This document shows, piece after piece, positions 36,701-48,700 of a DNA stretch of 64,000 bases. The notes below the pieces were generated by a model that worked only from the letters and a program-made list of their open reading frames with translations, was not told the DNA's origin and did not search any database. Where the stretch lies: NCBI GenBank assembly GCA_965202585.1, contig OZ241828.1, positions 54,002,001-54,066,000 on the forward strand. The letters run 5' to 3'. Position numbers and translations under genes: made by a program. The stretch's first letter is position 1. Each line of letters opens with the position of its first letter. This DNA is from Thalia democratica (taxonomy: Eukaryota).

Positions 36701-39700
36701 ATAAGGAACAAGGTATTTCATTTTGAATTTTTTTGACAAATTTTATATTTTTAAAGTTTCTTACTACCAAATCAGAAAATAAACTTTGTTCATATAGCTA
36801 AAGTAAAGTAATGTATGTTTTTGATCATTAAACGGTTGTTGCATTTTAAAAAATATGGTGTTACTAACATGGCTGCTGTTTTAAAGTGTAACTTTGAGGT
36901 TTTATAAACGTTTTTTTTAATAGAAAAAATAATAATTAAAACTCTTTCAAAAACATGTTGAATAGCATATAACGTATGAAAACTACATGAGTTTTGCATT
37001 TATAACGATACGTTTTTGCAAGCAAGTTTAATAACGTATTACTCACTGTGTTTTCACATCACCACTACTTTTACTTTAAAATGATAAATATGCGGCATAA
37101 TTTGATAAAATTGCAAATTCCTCTCTAGTGCCTTGCAAAAACTCTTTAAAAAAAAATCACGTGACTAACACCTGGCTGAGACTTACAAACTTTTTTTTAG
37201 ACTCGATGAGAAACTTGGGATATGAAAGCGGTTACCATTTACACACAGATCCCCGCCAGGCGTCCATCCAGTACGCCGACGACCCCAACCAGCCGAGCTA
37301 CGACCAGCAGATGGGCGGCAACCAGTTCGTGCAGGAGATAAACCCCTACGACATGAGGTTCCCCGGCAAGATGCAGGCCCTCGACGACGTCCAGAACGGC
37401 ATGACCGGCGATAAGAGCGCTCAAAAACCTGACAAGGTCAACTTGGAGCAGGAAAGCTTCAACCGAAACCCCTACGTCGGTTACGGGCAGAACAGCTTCC
37501 ACCCTGATTTTCAACCTGGTGTTTACCGCAACAGTTTTGAAAACAACTACGCTCAACCGATGGTGCAAGACGAGCAGAACGCAGTCGATTACCAAAACGA
37601 AGCTGAAGTTAAAACTGAAACTGACTACTTTGGAAATAATCAGGACAACTTTCCTTTAAATAATAAAAACAAGCTGGAGAACGACGAGTACGCGAACCCT
37701 GAACTGAACGCTCCGTTTCCGCAAAGAAACCAGTACTTGCCAGCAAGTAACAGGTTTCAGCCAGGAAACCAAGGAAGGTTTGAACAGGACTACAACAGAG
37801 CAAATCCTGATAACGGTTACTTTAGACCACGTGAAAACGATCTATACGGAAACCCGATAGTTCAGCCAAACATTGTTAAGCTAGAGCATAACCCTGTGGA
37901 ACAAAACAACAAGCACGGGTTCGTTGAACTAGATTCGACACAGACGCAAAACGATAATTCTTTCACTGGCAATTTGAACAGCGTTCAAGATAAGTTCAAA
38001 GAAGAGCAGCCAATCGTTCAAGACAATAAAGCCAACGACGAAGTTGCTACCGTTGAAAAGTTTCCTGAAAACGTACAAAGCCCGGGCGTGATGAATCAGA
38101 ACGGGTTTCAACAGAACCCGAGGTTTGCGGGGCACAACAGGTTTCCCCAACCTTACGGACCCTTCAACCCGTACCAGTTCAACCCGTACATGCAGAACGT
38201 GGGCAAGAAGTTTCCCGACGTCAACGGCCTCGTGCCGCCGCTTTCAATGGACAACCAGGCGGCCATCCCGCCCCAGCTCAACCCCTACCTCAACAACTTC
38301 GGCGCCACTCCCATGCTTCCGAGCGGCAGCCAGTTTGCGAACCAGCAGGAAGCAGTTCCTCGGAAGCAGGAAGCTTCTGCTGGTGACGGCGCTAAAGACC
38401 AGTTCGTGCTTCCCATGTACAACACGAACAAAGACTCGGGTGGCGACAAAGATGAAGCTTTAATTAAAGAAAACCCAAAGTTGTTGGAAGACGGAAGTTC
38501 AGTGAGAACCTTTTCTGATGAAAGGACACAGGTTTCAAAGGATAATTACGCGAAAGATAGCATAGCCTACGACTCGGTTCAACGCGAGCAGCCAAAGGAG
38601 AACAACATGTTTTACCATAGAAGACCAAACAAATTAACATCGCAGCTATCGTTAGCAGAAAAGTTAAACTTGCTGATAAACAAAAACAAAATAAAAACTG
38701 AGGAAAACAGTGGTCGGCAAAATACAGTAGCTGCTACAAGCAAGCCAAAAACAACTCGTAAGACGAAGAATTTAAAAAAGATTGAAACAACTTTGAAATC
38801 AACAACCACAGCAAAACCTACAACAACAAGAAAATTTACAACAACAAGAAAACGTACAACAACACGAAAAATTACAACAACTACAAGAAAACCTACAACA
38901 ACTACACAAAAAACAACAACTACACAAAAACCTACAACAACAACACAAAAACCTACAACAACTACAAAAAAACCTACAACAACTACACAAAAAACTACAA
39001 CAACTACACAAATGCCTACAACAACTACACAAAAACCTACAACAACTACACAAAAACCTATAACAACTACAAGAAAAGCTACAACAACTACAAAAAAGCC
39101 AACAACACAAAAAACCACAACTAAGAAAATTACGACGAAAAAAGGGCCAACAACAAATACACAGAAAGCAACCGCTAAAGATGATTCGAATGTTGCATCA
39201 AGCAGCAGAGACCAACCAAAAAATCCTTGGCAAGACATCAACCTGCTTCCAACTAGCAACGATTTTGAAACCTTCGACAACTTTAAAGAGCCAACAACAT
39301 CGACACAATCAGCTGAAATTGTAAAAAATAGCTACCGAGAAAACTCAGACGATCAAATATCATCTGTAAAGAACCCAATAGATTACCAGTACACTGACTA
39401 CCAATACACGAGTGATGCCCAGCCGGTAGATTCAGATTACTCGCCGTATCACTTCAACAGCATAGACGAGCAAATGGAGTTTCTGAGGAGTTTGTATGAA
39501 CCTAAAAACGAAACAGAAGATCAAAGCAGCAAGTATGTGTTACTAAGCTTTTTTTATGTTAAACATGTTTGAGAACTGTTCAAAAATATAAAATAATATA
39601 ATTTATTGAAAATTGAATGTCATAAAAACTGTAATAATGCTTTTAAAAGTATGGTAGTCAAAGTAAAATGGTAAAACCTTTTATAAATCTTAGTATAATT

Positions 39701-42700
39701 TGCTTTAAATTTTTCTAAGCTGTACTTATAAAAATTTAGTGCATAGTTTAACGAAACTAAAGAAATTCAATTTATATGAGAAACAGTCCATTGAGATCTT
39801 TCTTAAGAATCTTAAATGGGCTGGACTTTCCTAACTCCAATACGTCACAAAAGGCAAAGGCGTGATAATCGTGCTTTAATTTAAGGAGGGTCAAACTTTT
39901 CAAGCACTCTTGACTCGCTAAATCAAGTTGTGACGTCACAATGACAATGTGAAAGCGAGAAGCTTGGTAGCTCAAGTGTTATTTCTTATCTACGTGCTTT
40001 GTTAACTTTCAAGTTCTCATCATCGATCTATTTTTTTTTACTTTAGCACCAGTGTTCAACATTCTTTCTTTGAATATTTCTATTTGCTTTTTGAATTAGT
40101 ATAAAAAAATTATCAAAAGAGTGTTAGTGAATATAACAGCTTGTGCACATAAGTTGTTTGCATAGTTTGATGAAAGAGATTTTAGTTTTACTTAATCGCT
40201 GAATGCTTTTAAAAGTTTTCTCTCACTTGAATTGATAAAGGATCTTTGCCTAATATGTCATTATAAGGTTCATTTAAACCACAAAAGGCTCCCGTAGCCG
40301 TCAAGATTATATTTACCTTTATAAAAGTAAATAGGGCTTAAAACAACTCCCTTACTTTTTTCATTTGAGCGTGTTATAATTTGTTTTTTTATTTTATAGC
40401 TCATTAACTAAAGTCAAAATATAATGTCAAAAAACTTTCGAGTGTATATTTTCTATCATTTGAAACTAAGCCAGCCTAAACGAAAAGTAAATAAGTTTAC
40501 GACATTTTTTATCTAAGTTTGATTATGTATACGAAATTACTTTTAAAATTTTTATAATAACTTAATAAATATTTTAACTATAGTTGTTCTAAATGTATTA
40601 CTTAAAATTAATACAAATTTCAATAAAATGTGTAAAAACATAAAATTTTGATTTTATTCTATTTTCTTTAAAAAAAAGTAATTTTGTTAAAACGTTAAAC
40701 TGTCCAGAAAAAAAATATTTTCAGTAAACAAAGCTGCCGCGTTGTATTTAGGAGTTTTTTATAAACAAAGACTTTTTATAAGATTTTTTTTTATATTCGA
40801 CTGTTCCAAAAAATACTTTAGCTTCAAAGAGGTAAAGATGATATTTCCTGGCATTATAAACTTACTTAGTGAGTCTGCTTCTAATCATTGTTCTAAGCTC
40901 TAGACAATGTTTTAACGCATGTACATTGTTTTACACATTGTTTTCACGTCATATGTATAAGTTTGCTTGGGTTTATACACAAAAAGTTTTAGGATTGCAA
41001 ACTAGCTTTAGAAATGTTATGTACCACATGTTTTTTATAAACTTATATTAAATTATTTTCAGTAAACAAAGCTGCCTCGTTGTATTTAAGCATTTTTTAT
41101 AAGATTTTTTTTAATATTCGACTGTTCCAACAAAATACTTTAGCTTCAAATAGGTAAAGATGATATTACTGGCATTATAAGTTTACTTAGTGAGGCTGCT
41201 TCTAATCATTGTTCTAAGCTCTAGACAATGTTTTAACGCATGTACATTGTTTTCACGTCATATGTATAAGTTTGCTTGGGTTTGTACACAAAAAGTTTTA
41301 GTACTGCAAACTAGCTTTAGAAATGTTATGTACCACATGTTTTTTATAAACTTATATAACACACAGCGGTAAAGAGTGTTAGTATTTCAAGCACGTTTGA
41401 AATAATTGAGCTCATTTATTTTTTTTTCAAAGCTCATCGCTGCCCGACTACCCGGCCTACGACCAGACCGACATGAACTACCAGACGAAAATATTAGAAA
41501 GTTTTCCGAAGTACGATCCGGCCGCGTACAGCTACCAGTATCACGATTATGACGCTTACTATGACGATGAGTTGCCCGTAGATGATGCAAGTTAGTAGAG
41601 TTTTGTTATAAACAATTAGAATAAAGTAGTACAAAAATCAATTATTTTTATCGTAAATAGCAAAACACACGCTAGGACTTTTACAAAATTCAACTAGCAA
41701 TAAACAACTAAACTGTTTGAAAGTTTTAAAAGTTCAAATAGCTTTGTCACATTATTTTAAACATATGTCCTGACTTAAAAAAAATAAAAAAAATGTTTGA
41801 ATAATTAAGCTTAACACTCAAGTCATTTGTACTTACAAGTTGAAAAACTATTAGTGGATGAAAAAGAAATAAAACAAAAGCGATTTTTAAAACAACTCAA
41901 AGTTTTAATGAAAAATCGACTTATGCATAAAAACGCGCCTTATAAGGAAAACAATTGAGCTGAAGGATTGATAGAAATGTATACCTCATCATATGATTTC
42001 ATTGTCGTTAAACTAGCTTGAAAAAACTACGAGCAAAAACAATTTTTGTTTATAATAGCTAGAAAAATATTTAATTGAAGTTATAGTATTAAAGTTTTAA
42101 AGTACTATAGTTCAAATATAACTTAAAATGCTTTAATAATAAACTGTATTTAAGAATATGTAAGGTAGACTACAAAGCTGAAACTTTGAAAAAATTTAAT
42201 AAAAAGATAAAAGTATATGTCAAGATAAAAAATATAAGTATCAATGGTTATTCTACTTTTTTGCTACTACAACTTAATCTACTTAACAATTACCTTTAAT
42301 ATACAAGGCAAAAAATTATGACATTAGTTTTAAAGTATAGTTTCGAGACTACAGAATAAATCATGTATAAGCACTTACCAAAAAAATCTTAATGGGTTTT
42401 GAATGTCAAAAAAGTAAATACACATACAAAGCGCCTAAATAACTATGAATAGTTGTATTGTTTTTAAGTGGAGTAGCTTTTAAAATATTTTACCTAACTA
42501 AATTTTCTATAAAGCTTTTTATTCATAACATTTGTTAAGTAAAGTAAACTTTACAGTATATGCGTATATAAAAACTATTTTAAAAGCTACGACCAAAAAT
42601 TTAGTCACAAAAAGCAGTAGGCTATGTAATGTAAACTTGGCTTAAGGCTTCTTTTGTAAAAACATTTTGTTTGAATCTGCAGAGTTTTCAAGTATTTACT

Positions 42701-45700
42701 TGTTTATTTTCTATATAAATAGTGTCGTAGAAAAATTTTATTTTCCCAGAAAATCATACAACTTTAAGTTTTTGATGTTATTGTTTTTTATGTTTCGCTT
42801 CAAAAAACATGACAAGCTCTAAGCAATAAAAACAATAAGGCTTACAACTTTTTTATGAAGCGTTCTGAAATAATAATTGCTAAAGCTGGTCTCAAGGTCT
42901 TTTTTGATCAAAAGCCGCATATTAACTAAGAAAATTAATCAATTTCAAGTCAAATTTAACCAGATAAACAGATTTAGCGTCTAGAAATTTTATGCTACGT
43001 ATAATTAATATAAACCCTAACATGTTTACAAAAGTTCTTTTATGTTCTTCAAACATCAAAAACTAATATATTTTATTATTTGCTCGTGCAAAGTAAGACA
43101 TTATTTAATTTGAGGGAATTTAAAAAACTCGCCGTAATTAAGCACTAGCTGATAGCATTAAGGAGATTAGGCAGCTATTTGGTTAATACGAAGGAGCTTT
43201 AAAAAAGTTCAAGTTATTGCTGCAGTGTATTAGCAGAGCATAATAATTAGTCGTGCAAATTGAAAGCGCTGAAGAATATCAATCTTACTTTTCATAATTT
43301 TCGTAACTATCAATCTAAGTTTAAGCTAAAAAAAATAAAATATATATTTACATGTTGAACTTTCTTTTACTAAAACATTTCATAAATAAAACAAGGCCAC
43401 CCGTTTGCCTGACATCTACTTACCAGAGCGGTACCACTAATTCAATTAGTTAATAGACACTTAAAATAACTTTGAAAAAAAAAACAGCTCAGGTGTTTTG
43501 CTGGGTGTGTTCTAAACAGCACATATTGGAAAACATTTTTAGCTCCTTTTAAGCTGATTGCCATTGAATTTGCGCGCAGAACCGGAAACGCAGTGTCGCG
43601 CAAAAATTTCCTTCCTCTACATCCAGCAAGCCGTGTGTAGTCGGCTGACGAAAACAAACAAAACCTTTGTTTCTCGCGCGATCTGCTTTTGTTTTAGCGC
43701 TCAAACGCGCACTGAAAACAAGACCACAAAAGAAGGCTGCATGTGAGAACCCGACAAAGAGGCTTGCAGCGTGTTTGTGTTTGGACCTCGTGTTTACATT
43801 CGGCCCGTGAAAAGGCTTTGCTGCTGCTGCGCACAAAAGTCGAGAGCTGCAAAGGCGAAAACAACGGCCGGTGAAGGAGTGCGGAGAAAAGGCGCTCAGC
43901 GGAAAACCGCGCAACACAAAAAGCTGAAAGCGGCTTTGCAATTAGCCAGAGCAATTCGTCAATTCATACAGAATAAAAGTTGTAAACACCTCTGTTTGCT
44001 GTAAAGTTCGCCCCGGCTAGACTAACGTAATAGAATGTTTATTGTTGGGGTTTATCACTTGTTGTGCTGGTTTCAGCAAATCAATCAGCTCTTGATGGGT
44101 GGTCCCTCGTCTATTTTTGTTGTACCCCCGTTTTAACGGTGATATTTTTTAATGAAGTTGATCTCATCGAGCTCGTTTGTCTTTCAACTGCTAACGTTGT
44201 GATGGCGAGATATTTTTTGTTGTTAGTCAACAATTACTAACGGTCTTCAGCGTAACTATAATTGGCACATTTGCTTATTTCTTTCGACCAAAACTTTATC
44301 AAGCTTATGGTTTTCGTGATTTAGTGTTTTTATGGGAGATTTAACTTTTTTATGCTTGTTTACAAAAGAGAGCACGTTTTGGCTGTGGTTTCGATGAAAA
44401 CTAGTCGTCAAAAGTTAGACTTAACCGTTGTTGTGTTTGCGCGTTTGCTATTAACTGTCTAAAATAAAATAAGACCTCTCGAAATCCAATGAAATAGCTC
44501 CGAGCGCTGAATGATAGTCAATGGCTTGTTTTTATTGCTTTAATATTTCAGTGCTTCATGTGATTTGAGGTAGAAAGTTTTCAAAGCTACATATGAAAGT
44601 TTAACGACTAGAACTAGTGAGTAAGTTTATAATTTGCGAATAAGGTAAACAAAGTGGTTGGATTAAGTTTGTAAATTATACCTGTGTTGTTTATGTTACG
44701 CTAATGACAAAGATGTAGTTAATTGAACGTACACTTATGTATCTGGTTCAAATGAGTATACTAACTGCTATAATACTTTTAATATTGTCTTAAATGAAAT
44801 GTAAGCTTTTAAAAGCAAATGTTATTAAGATATTCACTTAAAACCAATTAAAGTCTTTCTTGAAAATTCTAAGAAGCTTAAGTTTTATGAGCAACAAAAT
44901 TTTTTCAAACTTCACAGCGCAACCTATACCAACCAAAAGTAGCACTTTCATACAATGGAGTAAGTTTGAAAAGTATTTGCGCCTACCGACTGCTTCTTGC
45001 ACAATGAACTGCTATAAATAACCGAAAGTCTGGCAATTTGCAGCCACCGTTTTTACATACCTGCCCTCTACATGTGCAGCATCTTGATTGATTGCTGAGC
45101 GACGCCTTTACATTTGCAAATGTAAAACGAGCAGTCGCGCACAATGGAAGGCTTGTTACATCGTGCGTTACATAGTAGCAGTTAGCGCTTCTCAAAAATT
45201 TCTATTTTCGCGTCAAATTGTTTGTTTGCCAAGGCGAGATGTCGGTAAACAAACTGAATAAACATGTGTGGATGTAAAATACAGCTTTTATTCTGATCTG
45301 AAGTGTCAAACCGTTCAAACCAAATGTTTGGCGTAAACCTTGAAAGTTTGAATAATAGGTTGATTATACGAACTAGTTTAAGTTCAAAACGTAATTATCA
45401 TTACAATTATTTGATATTAACTTTTCCACTTGTTAGTTCGTACAAGTAAAGCTACCTTTGAAAACTTTTAATGCGGCAGTTGTCATTGTTTACGCTGTAC
45501 AAAAATAGCGGGTACTTAATGAATGTATGTTCAAGCTGTTAGAAAAAAGTATCGAACAATAACAAAACTCTTTTGTTTTTACTTCAACAAAGTTATTGTA
45601 CATCATTGGTATCAATGTCTGTATCGTGAGAAACAATATTGCAAAAATTTAATCGTTAATGAACAAGCTCAAGTAAATTAGTAAATAAGGTTGTAAACTC

Positions 45701-48700
45701 AATCAGATTAAGCTTGCAGCGAGGTGAGATGTTATTACGAACAATTAATACTTGACATATAGCAAGCATTTTTCAACGATTATACTTTTTTTATTTAAAC
45801 AATACAAGACGTAACTTTGATGTTATATATTAGTTTCTTATGACCTTTTATTTCATAAGCTTCATAATGCAAAAAAAAAAAAACTTTCTTTCATCTTTTT
45901 TTTTCTTTGAACTTAAAAGTAGACAGGTTTTTTTTTTGCAATTGTTTTAATTTTTGAAAAGTAGCTGTTTTTAAAATACTAACGGTTTTTTTTCGACTAA
46001 AAACTTATAAAAAATATTAGTATAAAATGACATAACTTATTTTTTGCACCATCTCGTAGGAAGCTGTCATTTTCGATGTTTTAGATGTCTAGGTAAGATA
46101 ACAAGATAAAGATAAAACAACTCTTTTATCTCGCAAAGCTTAGTAGTTTTCTATTTAACAACTGTTTCCAATCAAGCTTATATCTGTTTTATATCTAAGA
46201 AAACCACACACATGGTACTTTTTATCTTTAAAGCAATGATAAAAACATATGGAAGCGCATATAAAACATCGGAAAGAGATGTTTATTAGGTCATTTGTTA
46301 CAATAAGATAGCTAAACAACAAGTAGAACAAAAAGTTATATTTGAACGTAATCAGTCTGTTTTTGTTTTCAAAAGAGTTATTGTATTTAATGAATAAGAA
46401 TTGACGTTTTAAGTGGAGTTTTTAGCATTTAAAAAAAATAATACTATTATTATGTTATTGAATAAATTACATGAAGTGAAAAGTATTTCCCAAAGTAACA
46501 ATTCTTTTATAGTTTCAATAGTTTAGTTAAACCTTTGTTTTATTTCAAAAAAAAATTAGTAGAACTAAATAAGATTCCTTTATATTTTTATTAATATCAA
46601 AAATCTTATAAACTTAAATTATTGATAATATACTAATTTTAAAGCCTATCTCATAAATATTTTTATAAAACTAACAGTGTACAAAAAAAATATTTTATTA
46701 TCGTCTTTTATAAGTATAACAAAGATACTGGTTTGGTAGATTTAAGTACTAAATAAAAAGTATTATTTTTTCAACTTAAAATCTTGCTTTTTGTTAATAA
46801 AAAAGATTATAGATCAAAAATTTATTAATAAAAAATTATACACTGATCAAGTTTCTGTTCTTCAAACCATAAATTTGAAATGAAATTCGTTTTATTTGCT
46901 TTGCTCTCCTTAAGTGTAATATCAGCAAGAAAGTTAGGTAAGAACCTATTTCATTAATTTTAATATATGTTGTACTATTTATTATATTTATACTTGCTCA
47001 ATGTTTCATCAGTAAAAAATAGTTTATAAAACAATTAATTTCAACTCTGTTAACATTTCAAAAGGTGATCAACTACTAGCAATTTTACTAATTAATAAAT
47101 AAAAGGAAGTTGAATACATTAAATTTTTTTGTTTTAAGCTCGTTAAGAGCTTTTAAGTTTGACTAAAAACTTTAAACAGTTTTCAAAAGTCGTTAATAAC
47201 ACTGGTTTGACCCATAACTTAATCAAGTTGTTGTTAACCCAACTTGCATCTCGCTAATGCTGCACGTTTTTTAACCAGCGGCTTCCAAATATTCGCAAAA
47301 ACGAAAAACGCTAATCTGATTTGAATTTTTTCAACTTAGTTAGCGGTCTGTTCGCCTCGCGCGCCACAAGGCATCTGGTAAACAGCAGCGTTTATGTCGT
47401 TATTTAGCCCACAACAAACAGAAGCTGCTCAGGGGGCTTAAGTCAAGAGAGAAGGCTTAAACGGCGCTGTGTCTTTTTCTTAACAAGTGTTAATAGTAAA
47501 AATTCCAGTAGATCAGCACTGCAGTCACGTGTTTATTGAATTTGCAGAGAGCTACGAGGAAGTTCTGAACTTTTGCTGCCAGGAAGGAACGAAGTGGGGG
47601 AGCAGCCATTCCAGTTGCGAGGGAATCAACTTGAAGGTTGACGTCTACTCTCAAGTCTGCTCCGTTGTTTCTGTTAGTTTCAGATTGGTTGTAGAGCTGT
47701 TTACAAACTATTTTGGCGAAAATGTCATTTGTTAGTCAAACATAGTTTCATACGTATTGTAGATATATTTTTTAGTTTTATTTTGAACTTTAGCTTGGGT
47801 TTTAAAGTGAATAGTTTTATTAGCCTGAGATTTCGATTTTAAATACATGGCGAGAGTTTTAAAATTTTGAATATTTCATTCAAGTTAACATTGTTAGTTT
47901 TATGTGTTATAAACTTATAATTTACTTTTTCTAAACACTTTTATGTTAGAGAGAATCGGACATAAATGAAAGAGTTTGGAAACTTAAAAAGTAATCAATT
48001 TTTACAAGGCTATAATGAGCATAAGATATATTCTTACGCACAACTAGTTCAAAGAAGTTATTGTTTTTTCTAGATAATTGAAATTTAATATGAATATTTA
48101 TTTAGCTTGTTTTCGTAGCATGTTTTCTGCATAAACTAAAAAAGGGTAACAATACAAAGCATTCTATCACTACTACAAGGTTTGGTTAATTTTTCGTTGC
48201 AACTAAAATAATGTCTTCTTGTTATCAAAACAAACTTTCTACAATGGTCTTTACTTTGTTTAAAGCATCGTAGGTCAAAAGTCCTCTTAGCATTTAATTA
48301 CTAACGTTGAACTCCAAAACAACTTAACTAGCTACTTGTTTTTATTTCTAGTGCTGAACATCTACGCCCCTATTTAACCCTTTGAATTCCATGTTTGAGC
48401 AAAACCAAAAACGCTTTCTACTCCAAACACTTCACTGTAATTACGCCGGGTGAGCACAATAGCAACGAAAGCGCCGACTGCCGAGCCGATGGAGTCTTTC
48501 TGTTTGACTTCCACCAACACAAAAGATTAATTTCCCTTCCCGCCTGCTTGCCTAGCTGTACAAGCAACACTTGAAAGCTTTGAAGTGCGTCGGAATTTCA
48601 AATTTTCAACGAGAATGAGTCCTGCAGCAAATTCTGTGCCGAACAATGGCAACGATGACGCGGGCTGACAAGTCATCACGATGTCATCATGACCACGTGA

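Noticed and set aside
32876-38463. Several overlapping alternative-frame and antisense ORFs over fibulin exons 1, 4 and 6
   Set aside because: Shadows of GC3-rich coding sequence, with no motifs or independent splice support.
38612-39280. 222-aa poly-Val ORF and 103-aa Cys-rich (keratin-associated or metallothionein-like) ORF on the minus strand
   Set aside because: Antisense shadows of the ACA/ACT Thr repeat in fibulin exon 6; the A/C-biased repeat simply lacks antisense stop codons.
32845-41590. RGD integrin motif expected from mammalian fibulin-2
   Set aside because: No RGD seen in the translated N-terminal exons.
43442-44004. Five overlapping short ORFs of 62-130 aa
   Set aside because: Expected from local GC enrichment; no domain, codon bias or splice consistency.
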